From Raillietiella orientalis (lineage: Eukaryota): a DNA stretch of 64,000 nt. Positions 61,401 to 64,000 of this stretch are shown here, one piece after another. The notes beneath the pieces are model-generated. The model was not told the DNA's origin. It saw nothing but the letters and a program-made list of their open reading frames with translations, and searched no databases. A program made the translations under genes and the position numbers. The stretch's first letter is position 1. Each line of letters begins with the position of its first letter. Where the stretch lies: contig JAYWIR010000002.1 of the NCBI GenBank assembly GCA_036172245.1, forward strand, positions 2,604,001 to 2,668,000. Reading direction: 5' to 3'.

Positions 61401-64000
61401 TTTCCCATTTCCTTCTTAACCTAGTCATCATGTCTGCCTTGTCTGCGTCTGATCCCCCGAAAGACACTCTGGAAGTTGTGGCTGTGTCAGGATGCTTTCC
61501 GAAACATGGTCCCTCTCCTGTGTGTGGACACCTCCGTGTTCCCGCTCCGGTGCAAACAGGATGTTCTGCTGTTTCTGCATTGGGGATTCCGGTGCAATCA
61601 GCGCAGACACCTCGTTTCCGGGAGAGTTGCCTTCCCGAACTGTTTAAGGTGCGGGGCGATGGAATCGCTCCTGAACCTTTTGCTGGATGGCAGTGCCCTG
61701 CAGAGCCTATGACGGAGACTCACTCCGACAACCGCAGGACACCGCTTTGGACTTGCTACAACGTTTCTTCACCGGAGTTGGGCTGAAGAAGAGCGCTGTG
61801 ATGGCAACTGTCTGTTGCAGCCGCGTCATAGTGACAGCCCGACACGTGTTGGAGTGAGGTTCGCGGCGAATGGCAGCAGCCTTCATGAAGGCAGCAGCAA
61901 GGTGGCCACATCTGCCAGAAGAAGTCTCCAGAGAAATTGCCACCGTCCAGAGCCGCTTCTGGAAGGAAAGGAACGTCAGCTAAACACCTCTGTCCCCACC
62001 TTTCCGTCTTTTTTTATTTATGTATTATCCTTTCCCTCAGGTCCCTACTTTTTGGAAGCCGGCCTGCGTGCCGGTGGTCATCCCGGATGAACCTTGGGAA
62101 TTTCTCGTTTTCCAGAGGTTCTTCTCCCCTCTTTCTCGTAGTTTGTTTTTCCAAATAGATGTCTCGGTGTCACCAAGTAAAAACCGAACCTAGGAAACCA
62201 CGTTCATCAGCTTCTAAGCAGACGTGGCATCGCTGGAAGTCTTTGATCACAATCTGCTGCTTACTCATCAGGACACTGAATTCGGTGACCCTGCAAGGTG
62301 ATACTGCAAAGATGCTTCCGCACAAGTTATAAGGCAGTTGCCTTATAACTTGCACATTGATTCGCGAAACAAGATCGATGGTCTCCTGAAGCCATGGTCC
62401 CCTGTCTGCAAGAGAAGCGAGTTAAAACTGCAAAGTCTCCACGGTCGGGTTTGGATGCAGCTTCGATCACGAGTGATTTTCGTAAGAATGGATCTCTTCT
62501 TGCAGATACGTCACGGAACCTCGACATTTGAATACACATCGAATTAATACATGTAATACATTTGAATACCTACTGGATGTATCTGATTACTGCTGTCCTT
62601 CTACAATTTTTCCTGCATTCGCTCGTTGCACGTTCTTTCAGCTTCCAAGAAGTCGCTTGTTCTTGGATCCCCTTGCCTCTAACTTTGCGTCGAAATTCTC
62701 TGATCTAATAACCGGAGATGCTAATTCCGAAGACATCTCGTTCTTCAGGAAGTTCTCACTCATAACTCTCAGCGAAAGCGATTACTGATCTTCCCTGACT
62801 CTTCTTATCAGTTTCCCCGATGCCACAAGGCTTTTTTTTTTTTTTTTTTTCCTCGGATCAATTCACCACGGATTTCTTTGGGAAGAATCCTTTATTTTCA
62901 ACTTTTAGAGAGAGCACATTCCAAGGATCGAAGCCCTTGCTCGGGACTCGTTTTTTTGCGTCTCGCATCCTCCGACGTTAAAGAACGCATGTAGCCTGCA
63001 TCCTAATCTGTACTTCCGATTAGTTTTATTATCGCGAAAATTGCTTTCGGTTTCGCATAAAACTTCATCCCTGTCGTTAGATGTTTCCATTTCTCAACAG
63101 GAATCCCCTCTTCCCAGAGACACGAACCGGGAAATGCAATACATTTGCAGCAATTCGGATCCTCATTTGAGAATCGCACTCTTCCTTCCGGGAGAATATA
63201 AAGAAAATTTTCATGCACCAGAAACAAAATAAAGAAAAATAAAAAAAAATCTTGCTCATAGGATTTCTCTTCCTCATCTCCGTTCCCCGTAGGCTGACAC
63301 CTGACCGTCATATCATTCAGTAGGGGGTCCAGGTTTCGGACCCTTATTCCCGCACAAATTCGTTTTAGAGATAAACCTTTTTTTTAGAAAGAAAAAAGAT
63401 GCATCCAGATTCTCTCGAAGCTTCTCAGCACACTGGATCAAGCTCTTCAAGAAGCATGCGGGGCGGAATTCCTCCAAGTCCCAGTTTATTATTTTCGTGG
63501 CTGATGGTTTTCCACGATACGACTGTGGCGTGTCTTAGAATACATTTGGTATGGAATTACATAATGCATGTGAAGAAGGAAAAAATCTTCTGCCTACAGA
63601 AAAGACGTCCGGGATGCGATATGGTTTTATCAGCACAACCGACCAATCATCACAATGGCATCGACGTTGCTCACTAATGAAATCCCCACGTGATTTCCAA
63701 CGCAAGTTTGCAAGGAGACCATACCAAGGCTTTCGCGTTTTGTTTATCCCCTCCTGCTTCATGGCCATTGGATTTATTGTTCGACAGATTTTTCCTGCGC
63801 CGACGTCCAAAAGACTGTTTCCCGGAATTGCAACCGAAGAGACGTAGGAATCAAGAATTTCATTCCTCCTTCAAATCTTCAAGGCTTACCGATGAGTAGG
63901 TGTGTAGAGGACGGAGATGAAAAGTGCTGGTGCTAGGGTGCATGTTTGTGTTATTCTGGAAGAGAGCAAACAAAATTGGGCTCACATCATGGGAAGGGAT
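55170..64000 (-). pseudogene. degenerate histone array, - block (more AT-rich)
   Basis: H2A EAALVFQRG (55800); H4 TMRDA (56125); H3 ILRMVFKSTQ (56520); H2A IIDLLGG..ERI (56730); H2B KAMMSFQSGHNKGFCRI (57453-57503); H2A ELGKNAREN (58165); H3 FHGFVQQLKVEFTSD (59490); H3 EIRRC..FKTVL (60400-60500); H4 LGKGAA..ARRRIA (61150-61225); H2A DVGAG..NKTR (63730-63807). Confidence 0.8.

Overview
Eukaryotic, most likely arthropod, genomic DNA. The only intact gene is a + strand collier/knot (COE/EBF) transcription factor with 13 coding exons (ATG 6930 to TGA 24375, about 510-535 aa depending on three splice choices). It has the conserved COE exon sizes and phases and the invertebrate single-helix-2 HLH. 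Translating the apparently junk introns and intergenic DNA shows that nearly all of it is a degenerate, spacer-less, same-strand tandem series of core histone coding sequences in a fixed cyclic order, H2B-H2A-H3-H4-H2B-... The period is roughly 1.1-2 kb, giving about 35-45 units by eye. Several histone-histone junctions are still in frame. The histone pattern runs up to COE splice sites and resumes in register after the exons, and it coincides with the loss of one canonical splice acceptor. The array is on + for about 1-55.17 kb, apart from two short inverted blocks, and on - from 55.17 kb to the end. Each of the three tail-to-tail (+ to -) switches carries a high-identity inverted repeat pair. 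All histone alignments were made by eye, with no E-values. Single matches are weak; the evidence is their repeated colinear order, which needs a frameshift-aware HMM test.
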